From: Escherichia phage RB69
Reading direction: 5' to 3' (one strand)
DNA: 64,000 bases
Sequence record: NC_004928.1
This document shows, one piece after another, positions 38,397-46,665 of the stretch. A program made the translations under genes and the position numbers. How positions within the stretch are numbered: position 1 is the stretch's first letter; each line of letters starts with the position of its first letter. The notes beneath the pieces are model-generated. The model was not told the DNA's origin. It did not search any database and was given only the letters and a program-made list of their open reading frames with translations.

Positions 38397-38770
38397 CTTA
38401 TTTCCTTAACGAATTCCATAGCTTCTTCATATTCATACTTTTTAACAGCTTCATCATACTGAGCTTGGGCTTTTGCGCACTGAACTTTCCACTCACGAAC
38501 TCGAGCTCTGTGATGACGGCCTTGGTGCCAATATCCTACCCAATTAATAGGCATTAATAAAAACGGTACAATAAGTGGTGCGACGAACATTAATGAAAAT
38601 GCTGCATCAGACGATATAACTTCACTAGAATCTAAAACAGCTCCTATAATCATAAAGATTAAAAATGCTAAAGCTAAAATAGGGCCAAATAGTACTTCAT
38701 TAGGAATTAATTTACGTTTGTATTCGTATGCCCAGGGCTTACTTGGCATGTATAGGGTTGGCTTTGACAT
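38375..38770 (-). CDS. membrane protein with C-terminal EFVKEIRCK tail
   Basis: Track ORF 38375..38800 trimmed to MSKPTLY. Confidence 0.45.
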   Translation of the reverse strand: MSKPTLYMPSKPWAYEYKRKLIPNEVLFGPILALAFLIFMIIGAVLDSSEVISSDAAFSLMFVAPLIVPFLLMPINWVGYWHQGRHHRARVREWKVQCAKAQAQYDEAVKKYEYEEAMEFVKEIRCKSLNS

Positions 38771-39362
38771 ATTCTCTACATTCCATAATAAATTGCTCAA
38801 GGATTAAATTGTTAGTGAAATTAGGACTAACAACCATAGTTTCATAAAGCGCATCAATAGCACTTAAAGCATCAACTCTTTTAAGCAAAGGCTTGCCTTC
38901 ATACATAGTTTCAGAATCGATGATTAACGTAAAGTAATATTTTTTATTATCGACTAGAACTTCTGTATCGATATAAAACATATTAGACCTCAGAAGCTTA
39001 TCTCTAAAACCATAATAATCTTCAGAGCGTTCGCTGATATATTCCCATTCAGTGTTTAAACAACAAACAGACCATGTAGGAGCAACGAAATCAGTGAATC
39101 TAATATCATGGTCTGCAACTAGTTTAGCAATAGCTCCGATATCATGAATCATAATACCTGGGGCTAATAAAGATTTTCTGCTATGGCTAGCCGTTTTCTC
39201 GGTGGTCTCATAAGAAGACGACCAGTACCATTTACGTCCGGTTGCAACATATCGTAATGAATCAACTAAAGACGTAGGTGGATTTACCTTATCTCGGAAC
39301 TCTTCAAACATTGAGTCAATATCATTATTTTGGTTTCGCATGTTAACTCCTTTATTATCCAA
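38739..39362 (-). CDS. hypothetical protein with C-terminal EQFIMECREY tail
   Basis: 207-aa ORF. Confidence 0.5.
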   Translation of the reverse strand: MDNKGVNMRNQNNDIDSMFEEFRDKVNPPTSLVDSLRYVATGRKWYWSSSYETTEKTASHSRKSLLAPGIMIHDIGAIAKLVADHDIRFTDFVAPTWSVCCLNTEWEYISERSEDYYGFRDKLLRSNMFYIDTEVLVDNKKYYFTLIIDSETMYEGKPLLKRVDALSAIDALYETMVVSPNFTNNLILEQFIMECREYVKANPIHAK

Positions 39363-39390
39363 AAGGAGGACCGGAGTCCTCCGTATTATT

Positions 39391-39999
39391 TTATTTCAAA
39401 GAGTTAATATATTCTTGTACATCAGCAGAAGTGGTTTCGACACCAGCTGGAGTGCCATTGAACGTTTCAACACGAGTCAGAGTGTCTTCGATATCAACCT
39501 TAGTCAGTGCAGCGATTTCAATTACATCATCGGCCGTAGAGATACCAAGGGCATTGGCTGCTCGAGTTTCACGAATGTATTCGAGTTTGATTGCCAGATT
39601 CTGACGAGCATCATCAAGTTCAACCACCTTACGAGCAATTTCAATTCGCATAGCGGCATACCCGTCAGCTTTTGTATTAAGTTGTTCGGCAGTTCGACGA
39701 TACAGAAGACCAAGCTTAGCATGCATGGTAACATCTTGTCCTTCAGCCAAGAGCTTACGAATTTCACGTTCCTTAGAAGCGGCTTGCTTGTTCTTTTCAT
39801 TAACAAGTTCGCGAATACGTTTTTCTTCATTAATAGATTTAACAGAAGCCGTTTTTAGTTCTTTGATTTGGGTAATCAACTTATCTGCAGCTGCGTTATA
39901 CTGTTCTTCGACAGTCAGATTTTTAGCCATAGCAGTACCCAGTTTAGTGCGGATGAATTCAACAAGTTTCTTCAGTGTGTTCATATTATTACCTTTCAA
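39391..39999 (-). CDS. coiled-coil protein, possibly PspA/IM30-like
   Basis: about 200 aa, predominantly helical heptad-rich sequence; similarity to PspA is impressionistic. Confidence 0.45.
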   Translation of the reverse strand: MKGNNMNTLKKLVEFIRTKLGTAMAKNLTVEEQYNAAADKLITQIKELKTASVKSINEEKRIRELVNEKNKQAASKEREIRKLLAEGQDVTMHAKLGLLYRRTAEQLNTKADGYAAMRIEIARKVVELDDARQNLAIKLEYIRETRAANALGISTADDVIEIAALTKVDIEDTLTRVETFNGTPAGVETTSADVQEYINSLK

Positions 40000-40013
40000 T
40001 TGGTGGTTTATTA

Positions 40014-40054
40014 TCCAACGAGAGCATTATACTCTGCTCTCAAGAGTTTGTAAA
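40014..40054 (-). promoter_or_regulatory. early promoter cassette, near-duplicate of 10461..10501
   Basis: CCAACGAGAGCATTATACTCTGCTCTCAAGAGTTTGTAAAT. Confidence 0.45.
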
Positions 40055-40282
40055 TTATTTTTTAATCAAATTGACATAAAACTTGGCGTCTTCGGGGTGC
40101 ATGCCTTCGCAGTATTCTTCAACCATGAACTTCTTAACAGCTTCATAAGGACCACTCAGATTAAGCTCAGTTGTCCAGAACTTGGAATCTTGGACTGAAT
40201 CGATACGAACTTCAGGGTGTCGGTTGCGAATAACTTCTTCGGTGTATTCATAATCAACGACATCAATACTAACTTTAGCCAT
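40055..40282 (-). CDS. hypothetical protein
   Basis: 75-aa ORF. Confidence 0.45.
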   Translation of the reverse strand: MAKVSIDVVDYEYTEEVIRNRHPEVRIDSVQDSKFWTTELNLSGPYEAVKKFMVEEYCEGMHPEDAKFYVNLIKK

Positions 40283-40300
40283 TTTGTATTCCTCGTGTTT

Positions 40301-40340
40301 TGATAGGACTACTATAACATAAACTTACTTAGATGTAAAT
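40301..40340 (-). promoter_or_regulatory. early promoter cassette (canonical family)
   Basis: TGATAGGACTACTATAACAT core. Confidence 0.45.
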
Positions 40341-40511
40341 TATTTCAACGTCACCTTTAGCTGCTTTATAACCTTCAGCCCAAGATACAACAGAGTTTTT
40401 ATCTGAGGATTCAAATTCAGGCATTGGACTTTCACCAATATTCACACAGTATGTTTCTTCATTTTCATCGAACCAAATAATTAAAGTAGTCATTTTGTTT
40501 ACTCCTCTGTA

Positions 40512-40553
40512 GTTGATAAGTCTATAGTATCACCATCCTTGGTGCTTGTACAT
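40512..40553 (-). promoter_or_regulatory. early promoter cassette (hybrid of the GATAAGTCTATAG and CCATCCTTGGT variants)
   Basis: ATGTACA -35, TATAGT -10-like. Confidence 0.4.
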
Positions 40554-40561
40554 CATTATTT

Positions 40562-40894
40562 TTAATTTTTCCAACTTAACAACTTGTAGTGTCCTTCATT
40601 CATACGTGGTTTATCCCAAGAAATACTAATATATGATTCACTGTCAATAGAAGTCGCCGGGTTTTTCTCTACCGTAAGACCTTCACTTTCCAGCCATTCA
40701 ATAGTATTTGCGCATAAATCAGAAGAACACCTAATCGGAAACCGGCAAGATTTTTCACCTTTAGCTGCAGCGTTATACATCTTTTCTAAAATACGCTTTT
40801 GCACGTTTTTAAAAATAGTTTCAGCAGATTCTTCAGATTTTTTATTCAGTTCAGTATAAAGACTCATAACATTCTTCTCATTAATAGGGCTCAT
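40562..40894 (-). CDS. hypothetical protein
   Basis: 110-aa ORF. Confidence 0.45.
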   Translation of the reverse strand: MSPINEKNVMSLYTELNKKSEESAETIFKNVQKRILEKMYNAAAKGEKSCRFPIRCSSDLCANTIEWLESEGLTVEKNPATSIDSESYISISWDKPRMNEGHYKLLSWKN

Positions 40895-40924
40895 AATATC
40901 TCAATCATAAGCCCATGTACGCGT

Positions 40925-41200
40925 TTATTTCATATTATCGAAATATTCTTCAGCGATTTCGACATTATTATGGTAAACTTTAGAAGACAGTTTAACATAA
41001 CCTTCAGCAGTGAACATGTTAATCACAACCTTTACAGTATACCACTGACCATCTTCATTACCCATTACTGCGTAAGTTTCAAACATCGGATGGTCAGGTC
41101 CAATAACTTTAATATCATTCACCGTACGACCGAAATCTTCTGGAACGCATTTCATAAAGAAGTTGAACAGTTCACCATAATTATCCATTTCATTCTCCAA
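40925..41200 (-). CDS. hypothetical protein
   Basis: 91-aa ORF. Confidence 0.45.
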   Translation of the reverse strand: MENEMDNYGELFNFFMKCVPEDFGRTVNDIKVIGPDHPMFETYAVMGNEDGQWYTVKVVINMFTAEGYVKLSSKVYHNNVEIAEEYFDNMK

Positions 41201-41390
41201 GTTTTTTCTGTATCGGTAGTTGATAGTTGTATAGTACCACGGAAGAACAGGGATGTAAACAGTTTTGTGAAAAAAATTTTTAAAAAGTTTTGTGGAATTC
41301 TAGGGCAGGGAGAGGAAATTAAAAGGTAGGATAATATATTATAAAGGGTATAAACTAAATGATGCCTAGAGAGGCCCGGAAAGGCCTAGA

Positions 41391-41420
41391 TACAAAAAAG
41401 CCCTATCATTTAGATAGGGA
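41391..41420 (-). terminator. rho-independent terminator (CCCUAUC..GAUAGGG then U6)
   Basis: hairpin followed by CTTTTTTGT on minus strand immediately after ORF ending at 41428. Confidence 0.55.
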
Positions 41421-41549
41421 TTTAAAATTATTTACCTAGTTTAGTTATTATAGCTTCGGCAGCAGCTTTTAGCTTAGATGCAGTGTTAATACGATTTTTA
41501 ATTTCGGTATACGCATCGCCAAGAACATCAAGGCTATCAGAATAAACAC

Positions 41550-41990
41550 TTACACTATTGCGTTCGCTATTTTGAATAGAACCTTTAGTTTTACGATCAA
41601 AATCAGTGTACACGTCTTGAAGACACGGGCTGCCTTCTTTGCATCATCCAATGCATCAAGAGCTTTATTCAAAGCATTGACATATTTTTTAGTGTCAAAC
41701 ATATTCTTAGAAATTTTAACAGGTGCACGTTCAGGAGTAGCTAAGGCGGATTTAGGAACCTGCGTGCCAGATGCCAGTTTCTTAGAAATTTTGAAAAACG
41801 CTTTATTGAAACTATTTTCTTGACTCATCGTAAAAGAACTAGTATCGATGTTATACATTTCAATAGCTTTAGCTTTCCACTTAAGAAAATCGCCACGGTC
41901 TTTTGGATCCAAGTGGAAGAATACTTTAGTAAGATCTGCTTCAGATGGTAATTTTGCTGCTTCGGTTAAAAATTCGGCATAGGTTTTCAT
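41550..41990 (-). CDS. internal-protein-like protein with capsid targeting sequence; 3' end uncertain
   Basis: N-terminus MKTYAEFLTEA; a second frame (41428..41613) stays open to the terminator. Confidence 0.5.
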   Translation of the reverse strand: MKTYAEFLTEAAKLPSEADLTKVFFHLDPKDRGDFLKWKAKAIEMYNIDTSSFTMSQENSFNKAFFKISKKLASGTQVPKSALATPERAPVKISKNMFDTKKYVNALNKALDALDDAKKAARVFKTCTLILIVKLKVLFKIANAIV

Positions 41991-42080
41991 TTAAAATCCT
42001 TGAAATAATTTATCGGTTGGTTATTAATTATTTATTACTTTGTTATTATCAGTAACAGCATTCTCTGAGTGATTCAAACT

Positions 42081-42108
42081 AAAAAGCCCCAACCTTTCGG
42101 AAGGGGCT
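42081..42108 (-). terminator. rho-independent terminator, identical copy of 26135..26163
   Basis: GCCCCTTCCGAAAGGTTGGGGC then T5 on minus strand. Confidence 0.55.
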
Positions 42109-42159
42109 AAGCCTCGCGGCAACCTTGTCGGGGTTCCACCTGCTAAGGCAAGTGTTTGT

Positions 42160-42262
42160 ACGAAACGCCGGGATTCGAACCCGGTTATTAAGCAGTTGAC
42201 GCTACTCAATATTTTTAAAAGGCCATATCTCGACCATATCCGAACGTTCCGTCAAAAACGCT
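42160..42262 (-). ncRNA. tRNA-like structured RNA (canonical T-arm CCGGG-UUCGAAU-CCCGG with paired acceptor-like stem)
   Basis: GGTTCGAATCC T-arm motif on minus strand; about 90 nt between acceptor-like strands; does not fold into a standard cloverleaf by eye. Confidence 0.3.
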
Positions 42263-42419
42263 ACTCGACTTACGGCAAAGATATTTCCTCGAATCGATAA
42301 TTCGGTGCGCCGTTTCTGCTGTGATGTAAGGGGATATTAACGAATCATAAAGATTTATTAAGACCAGTCCTTACTCAGGGAACATCAGTCCGACGACTTA
42401 CCGGTAGCGACCCGGCTTC

Positions 42420-42764
42420 TTATTTTGACATATTATCAATTTGCTCTCGACGCCGTCGCCATAGATTAATCGCTTCATTAACACATTCGGCGTTTGGTAT
42501 ATGACGGCAATAATATAATGATTCGCGTTTCTGGAACCGATGTTGCAATGGGATTTCGTTTAAAAGGTCTTTACGGTCAAAGTATTCAAAACTAGTTAAC
42601 CCGGAACGGTTTTTAAGAAACTTCCAATGTCCGAATTCATTTTGAAAATAAACATAATCAGCATGTTGATATAATGAATTAATTAACCTATCGGAAATAA
42701 CTGTTTCACGTTCGTTAAAATAAAATGTTAAATCATGAACTACTAAGTAAACATTGCCTTTCAT
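42420..42764 (-). CDS. hypothetical protein embedded between tRNA-like genes
   Basis: Track ORF 42420..42812 trimmed to MKGNVYLVV with SD GAGGAAAA; positionally analogous to segB in the T4 tRNA cluster but no endonuclease motif recognised. Confidence 0.45.
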   Translation of the reverse strand: MKGNVYLVVHDLTFYFNERETVISDRLINSLYQHADYVYFQNEFGHWKFLKNRSGLTSFEYFDRKDLLNEIPLQHRFQKRESLYYCRHIPNAECVNEAINLWRRRREQIDNMSK

Positions 42765-42782
42765 ATTTTCCTCACTTAAAGT

Positions 42783-42861
42783 TGGTCGAGACAGAAGGAT
42801 TCTAACCTTCAACCTACGGATTAGAAGTCCCCGTTGCTCTATACAATTGAGCTATGCCTCG
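42783..42861 (-). tRNA. tRNA-like gene, Arg(UCU)-like anticodon context with non-canonical loop
   Basis: 7-bp acceptor stem, D-stem GCUC/GAGC, T-arm GAAGG-UUAGAAU-CCUUC, encoded CCA; anticodon arm only folds with a 9-nt loop. Confidence 0.4.
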
Positions 42862-42867
42862 AATATA

Positions 42868-42941
42868 TGACCCAGACCAGATTCGAACTGGTAACCTTTC
42901 CCTTATGAGGGGACTGCTGCTAACCGTTGAGCTACAGGGCC
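42868..42941 (-). tRNA. tRNA-like gene, CAU anticodon context (Met/Ile), imperfect D-arm
   Basis: T-arm ACCAG-UUCGAAU-CUGGU, acceptor stem with one U-U mismatch, loop CUCAUAA. Confidence 0.35.
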
Positions 42942-43020
42942 TAAATAACTTTCTATTATGAAAGGCACTTTAGAGTACCTTTGGTAATAGAGGGTATGAA
43001 TTAATAATAACACATAATTC

Positions 43021-43536
43021 TTAAAGCAAATCAATCATTTTAACAGTTGGCAAAACGATTTCTTCTTCAATATAAGCAAATTCAACACATTCAACTACAC
43101 GCAAGAAATCATAATCATAATATTCAGAAGCATGACCAAGAATACCAATGAGACCTTCTGATACCAAATATCCATTCTCACGAAACAGGTCGAATACACA
43201 CGATTCGTCTTCTTCAGATTTATTACCAAGGTCGACTTCAATATCAAAGACCTTTTTAATGAATTCTGGATAAAGCTGGTCTGAGAACAGTCCTTCAACC
43301 AAGTATTCATAGATTAAAAGCGAGCAATCACTGAATGGTGTATTACCGCAATAACGTTCGGCTTTGGTGCTAGAATGACGGCTCTTAAATTTCTTCAAGA
43401 GATATTTAAACTGTTGGAGCTCATGCTCTTCCACTTCAAACAATGTTTTGGTTTTATAGTTGTCACCATCATTTTCATAGGTAGTGACATCAATTACGTA
43501 ACCCTTAGGAATTGTACTGCCTAAACAAATATTCAT
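43021..43536 (-). CDS. hypothetical protein
   Basis: 171-aa acidic ORF. Confidence 0.5.
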   Translation of the reverse strand: MNICLGSTIPKGYVIDVTTYENDGDNYKTKTLFEVEEHELQQFKYLLKKFKSRHSSTKAERYCGNTPFSDCSLLIYEYLVEGLFSDQLYPEFIKKVFDIEVDLGNKSEEDESCVFDLFRENGYLVSEGLIGILGHASEYYDYDFLRVVECVEFAYIEEEIVLPTVKMIDLL

Positions 43537-43540
43537 TTAC

Positions 43541-43831
43541 TCACCGTACCATATTAATGTAATTATATTCAATGCAACGTAATTTCAAAGGATTCTTGAA
43601 AATATCATATTCAAGAGGGCCTTTTTCTGTTTCAATAAAGAAATCAAAGTTAACTGTGTTAAATTTATCGTCTTCACAGAGTAATTTAACTTGCGAAGAC
43701 GAACGGTCGATATAAACCTTTTCAACCTCAAAGTTAGTCAGAATACCATAGTCATTAACTAGTGCTTTAGCTGCACGTTGGTCGCTTTCATATCCGTTCT
43801 CAATGGACGATACTTTAGCATAAAGAATCAT
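43541..43831 (-). CDS. hypothetical protein
   Basis: 96-aa ORF. Confidence 0.45.
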   Translation of the reverse strand: MILYAKVSSIENGYESDQRAAKALVNDYGILTNFEVEKVYIDRSSSQVKLLCEDDKFNTVNFDFFIETEKGPLEYDIFKNPLKLRCIEYNYINMVR

Positions 43832-44190
43832 GAATGTTCCACCACTTCAAAGGTATGAGCATCAACAATATGATACCAGTCAAAATTTTCTTCTGCGTTT
43901 TTATAAATTTCGCGAAGAGCTTCAACAGTTTTTCCTGTAGCAACAAGATCGTCAATACCGCCAAGAGGATAACAGTCGTAACCAGCAAACAGAAGGAAAT
44001 TAATAGTTTCTGTAGGTTCTGGATGCAGTGTACCATTGTCATCGACTACTTCAAAGAACATATAACCAGGCGATTTAGATTTAATCCAAGCCCATGCTTG
44101 AGCTGCTGAATCAAATGGTTTGCGTATCAAACGACAATCAGGGTCTTTAGAAGGATTTGCTTCAAAATCCGCATATACGTGATATTTCAT
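43828..44190 (-). CDS. hypothetical protein
   Basis: Track ORF 43828..44223 trimmed to MKYHVYADF. Confidence 0.45.
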   Translation of the reverse strand: MKYHVYADFEANPSKDPDCRLIRKPFDSAAQAWAWIKSKSPGYMFFEVVDDNGTLHPEPTETINFLLFAGYDCYPLGGIDDLVATGKTVEALREIYKNAEENFDWYHIVDAHTFEVVEHS

Positions 44191-44191
44191 T

Positions 44192-44398
44192 TTACTCACC
44201 TTTTGCAATTTTATCCATAACAATAGCGATTAAACCGATTAGAAATGCTACTACCAATGAGATAGAGTTTTCAGTTGTTGTCAGTAGTCCACAAATGAAT
44301 CCTACAAACATCGAAAAACTAAAAGCCATTGAAGCAATTACTACAGCAACATTACGAATCAGTTCAGCGCGTTTCATTTTATTTCTCCATTTACTCAT
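44192..44398 (-). CDS. small membrane protein
   Basis: 68 aa, two hydrophobic helices. Confidence 0.45.
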   Translation of the reverse strand: MSKWRNKMKRAELIRNVAVVIASMAFSFSMFVGFICGLLTTTENSISLVVAFLIGLIAIVMDKIAKGE

Positions 44399-44405
44399 TT
44401 TGTTT

Positions 44406-44445
44406 TGATAGGACTACTATAACATAGTCTTATCAGCATGTAAAC
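44406..44445 (-). promoter_or_regulatory. early promoter cassette (canonical family)
   Basis: GTTTACATGCTGATAAGACTATGTTATAGTAGTCCTATCA. Confidence 0.5.
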
Positions 44446-44448
44446 TAC

Positions 44449-44736
44449 TTACAGAAGAGTTTTTGCAATAATTTTAAGCTGAGCTACAGAAATATGCTTA
44501 GCTTTAAACAGTGCAGTCTCTTCAGCCGGAGAGATAACAATAGTAGCGCCATCTTTCTTAGCAGACCATCCATCCCCTAAGTAAACAGTACCTTTTACTT
44601 CTTCGCCGTCAACCAGACTAATCATTGGTTTACCCTCACGTCCTTTATTTGCTTTAATAACTTCGGAAGTAAGGGTTGCTTCGGTCAGAGTAGAAACGTT
44701 AGCAACAGGTGATATAAATTCTTTATAGGTTTTCAT
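44449..44736 (-). CDS. internal-protein-like protein with capsid targeting sequence
   Basis: MKTYKEFISP leader; start trimmed. Confidence 0.55.
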   Translation of the reverse strand: MKTYKEFISPVANVSTLTEATLTSEVIKANKGREGKPMISLVDGEEVKGTVYLGDGWSAKKDGATIVISPAEETALFKAKHISVAQLKIIAKTLL

Positions 44737-44758
44737 TTTAGGTTCCATTTTGTTGTTT

Positions 44759-44798
44759 TGATAGGACTACTATAACATAGTCCTATCGTGTTGTAAAA
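44759..44798 (-). promoter_or_regulatory. early promoter cassette (canonical family)
   Basis: TAGGACTA-tgttatag-TAGTCCTA with -35 TTTTACA. Confidence 0.5.
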
Positions 44799-45109
44799 TA
44801 TTTTATGCCTTTAGATGAAATAGTATTCTGGCGTTTGACCCCTGTTTGTGAAAAATCATGGTTATCAATTTGGTCAACTCGCATAACACCAAATGCAGAT
44901 TTAATTTTAGCCTTTGAACCTTTTTTGATACTAATTACCATATAAGTATCATTTTTCTTATATTCGAAATTTGTTACTTCAACGCCTTGATTAGAAATTG
45001 ACTTAATAATAGCATTAGCGTATTCATCATCTAACGGACCGTTAGTGTTAATAACAAAATTTTTATCTGCTTTAGTAGCTTCCGCGATGAATTCTTGATA
45101 GGTTTTCAT
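44783..45109 (-). CDS. internal-protein-like protein with capsid targeting sequence (ipI position)
   Basis: MKTYQEFIAEA leader; located directly before 57B as ipI is in T4. Confidence 0.55.
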   Translation of the reverse strand: MKTYQEFIAEATKADKNFVINTNGPLDDEYANAIIKSISNQGVEVTNFEYKKNDTYMVISIKKGSKAKIKSAFGVMRVDQIDNHDFSQTGVKRQNTISSKGIKYFTTR

Positions 45110-45133
45110 TTTATTTCCTTGAGGTTGTTTATT

Positions 45134-45173
45134 TGATAGGATGATAGTAACACACCATCATCCTTATGTAAAC
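45134..45173 (-). promoter_or_regulatory. early promoter cassette (AGGATGAT..ATCATCCT palindrome variant)
   Basis: GTTTACA ... TATCATCCTATCAAA. Confidence 0.45.
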
Positions 45174-45186
45174 TGTTTTGTGAAAA

Positions 45187-45872
<686 letters not shown>

Positions 45873-45876
45873 TTTA

Positions 45877-46611
45877 TTACCTTAAGATTTTTTCAATTTT
45901 AGAATAAAGCTCTTCTAACGAGCCGTCGTTTGTAATAACTAAGTCGCCTTCTTCAATAGGCAACCCAGCTTCTGTAATATGTTTATCAGTGGATTCCGTA
46001 CCAGAGCGAACCACATGAATAACTGTAGCACCCATCGCTCTAGCGGTTTCCATTTCATGGACTTGGCGTGTATCGGTCACAACGTAGTAATCGAAATCAC
46101 TTCCAATATAATCCATATAGTTTAATGCAAAAAGCTTAACCCAATACATACGGTCAAATAAATTAACGACAACATCCGTACCGAGGGCTTGCATAAGACG
46201 GCGGATTGACCATGTGTCGTTGATATTATTTATAGCTTCACGCAGGGCTTCATATGGTTTAATATCTAGATATGAATACCCACCTTCTAATGATGATAAT
46301 ATGTTAACACCATTAATTGGCAGGTATTGTCGTTGTAAATAAATTAGCGTTTCTTCCATTAATTCAATAACATCCAATTTATTGAGATTTAATGGTGTTT
46401 CACGGTCGTATCCAATGCCTTCAAAGTATTCATATTTCAACTCGGTGAATACATCAGGGTTTTCGGCATGTTTACGCTCCCAAGCTATTGCTAGAGCGTC
46501 TTTAATTGGATATGCTAATTGATATTTTATGGATTTAAAGTTTGAATTGATGTAATCAGCAGTAGTGTCTTTACCACTACGTTTGATGCCGCTTAAAAAG
46601 ATTAGCTCCAT
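45877..46611 (-). CDS. 1: deoxynucleoside monophosphate kinase gp1
   Basis: 244 aa; P-loop GIKRSGKDT at N-terminus; synteny 57A-1-3-2-4. Confidence 0.85.
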   Translation of the reverse strand: MELIFLSGIKRSGKDTTADYINSNFKSIKYQLAYPIKDALAIAWERKHAENPDVFTELKYEYFEGIGYDRETPLNLNKLDVIELMEETLIYLQRQYLPINGVNILSSLEGGYSYLDIKPYEALREAINNINDTWSIRRLMQALGTDVVVNLFDRMYWVKLFALNYMDYIGSDFDYYVVTDTRQVHEMETARAMGATVIHVVRSGTESTDKHITEAGLPIEEGDLVITNDGSLEELYSKIEKILR

Positions 46612-46665
46612 AGGTTTTTCCTCATATAATTTATGAACGATTATAACATATGGAGCTAGAAGCGA

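Noticed and set aside
39340-40198. Plus-strand ORFs 39340..39858 and 39725..40198 (172 and 157 aa)
   Set aside because: Antisense to the coiled-coil gene 39391..39999; translations are Ser/Phe/Leu-rich mirror images of a Lys/Glu-rich coiled coil
42024-42209. ORF 42024..42209 (61 aa)
   Set aside because: Lies across the terminator hairpin and tRNA-like RNA; proline/arginine-rich translation typical of GC-rich structured RNA
4766-45173. Possible CRISPR array suggested by the many copies of a roughly 30-40-bp repeat
   Set aside because: Repeats are separated by hundreds to thousands of bp containing genes, are variable in sequence, and coincide with -35/-10 promoter boxes; no regular repeat-spacer periodicity
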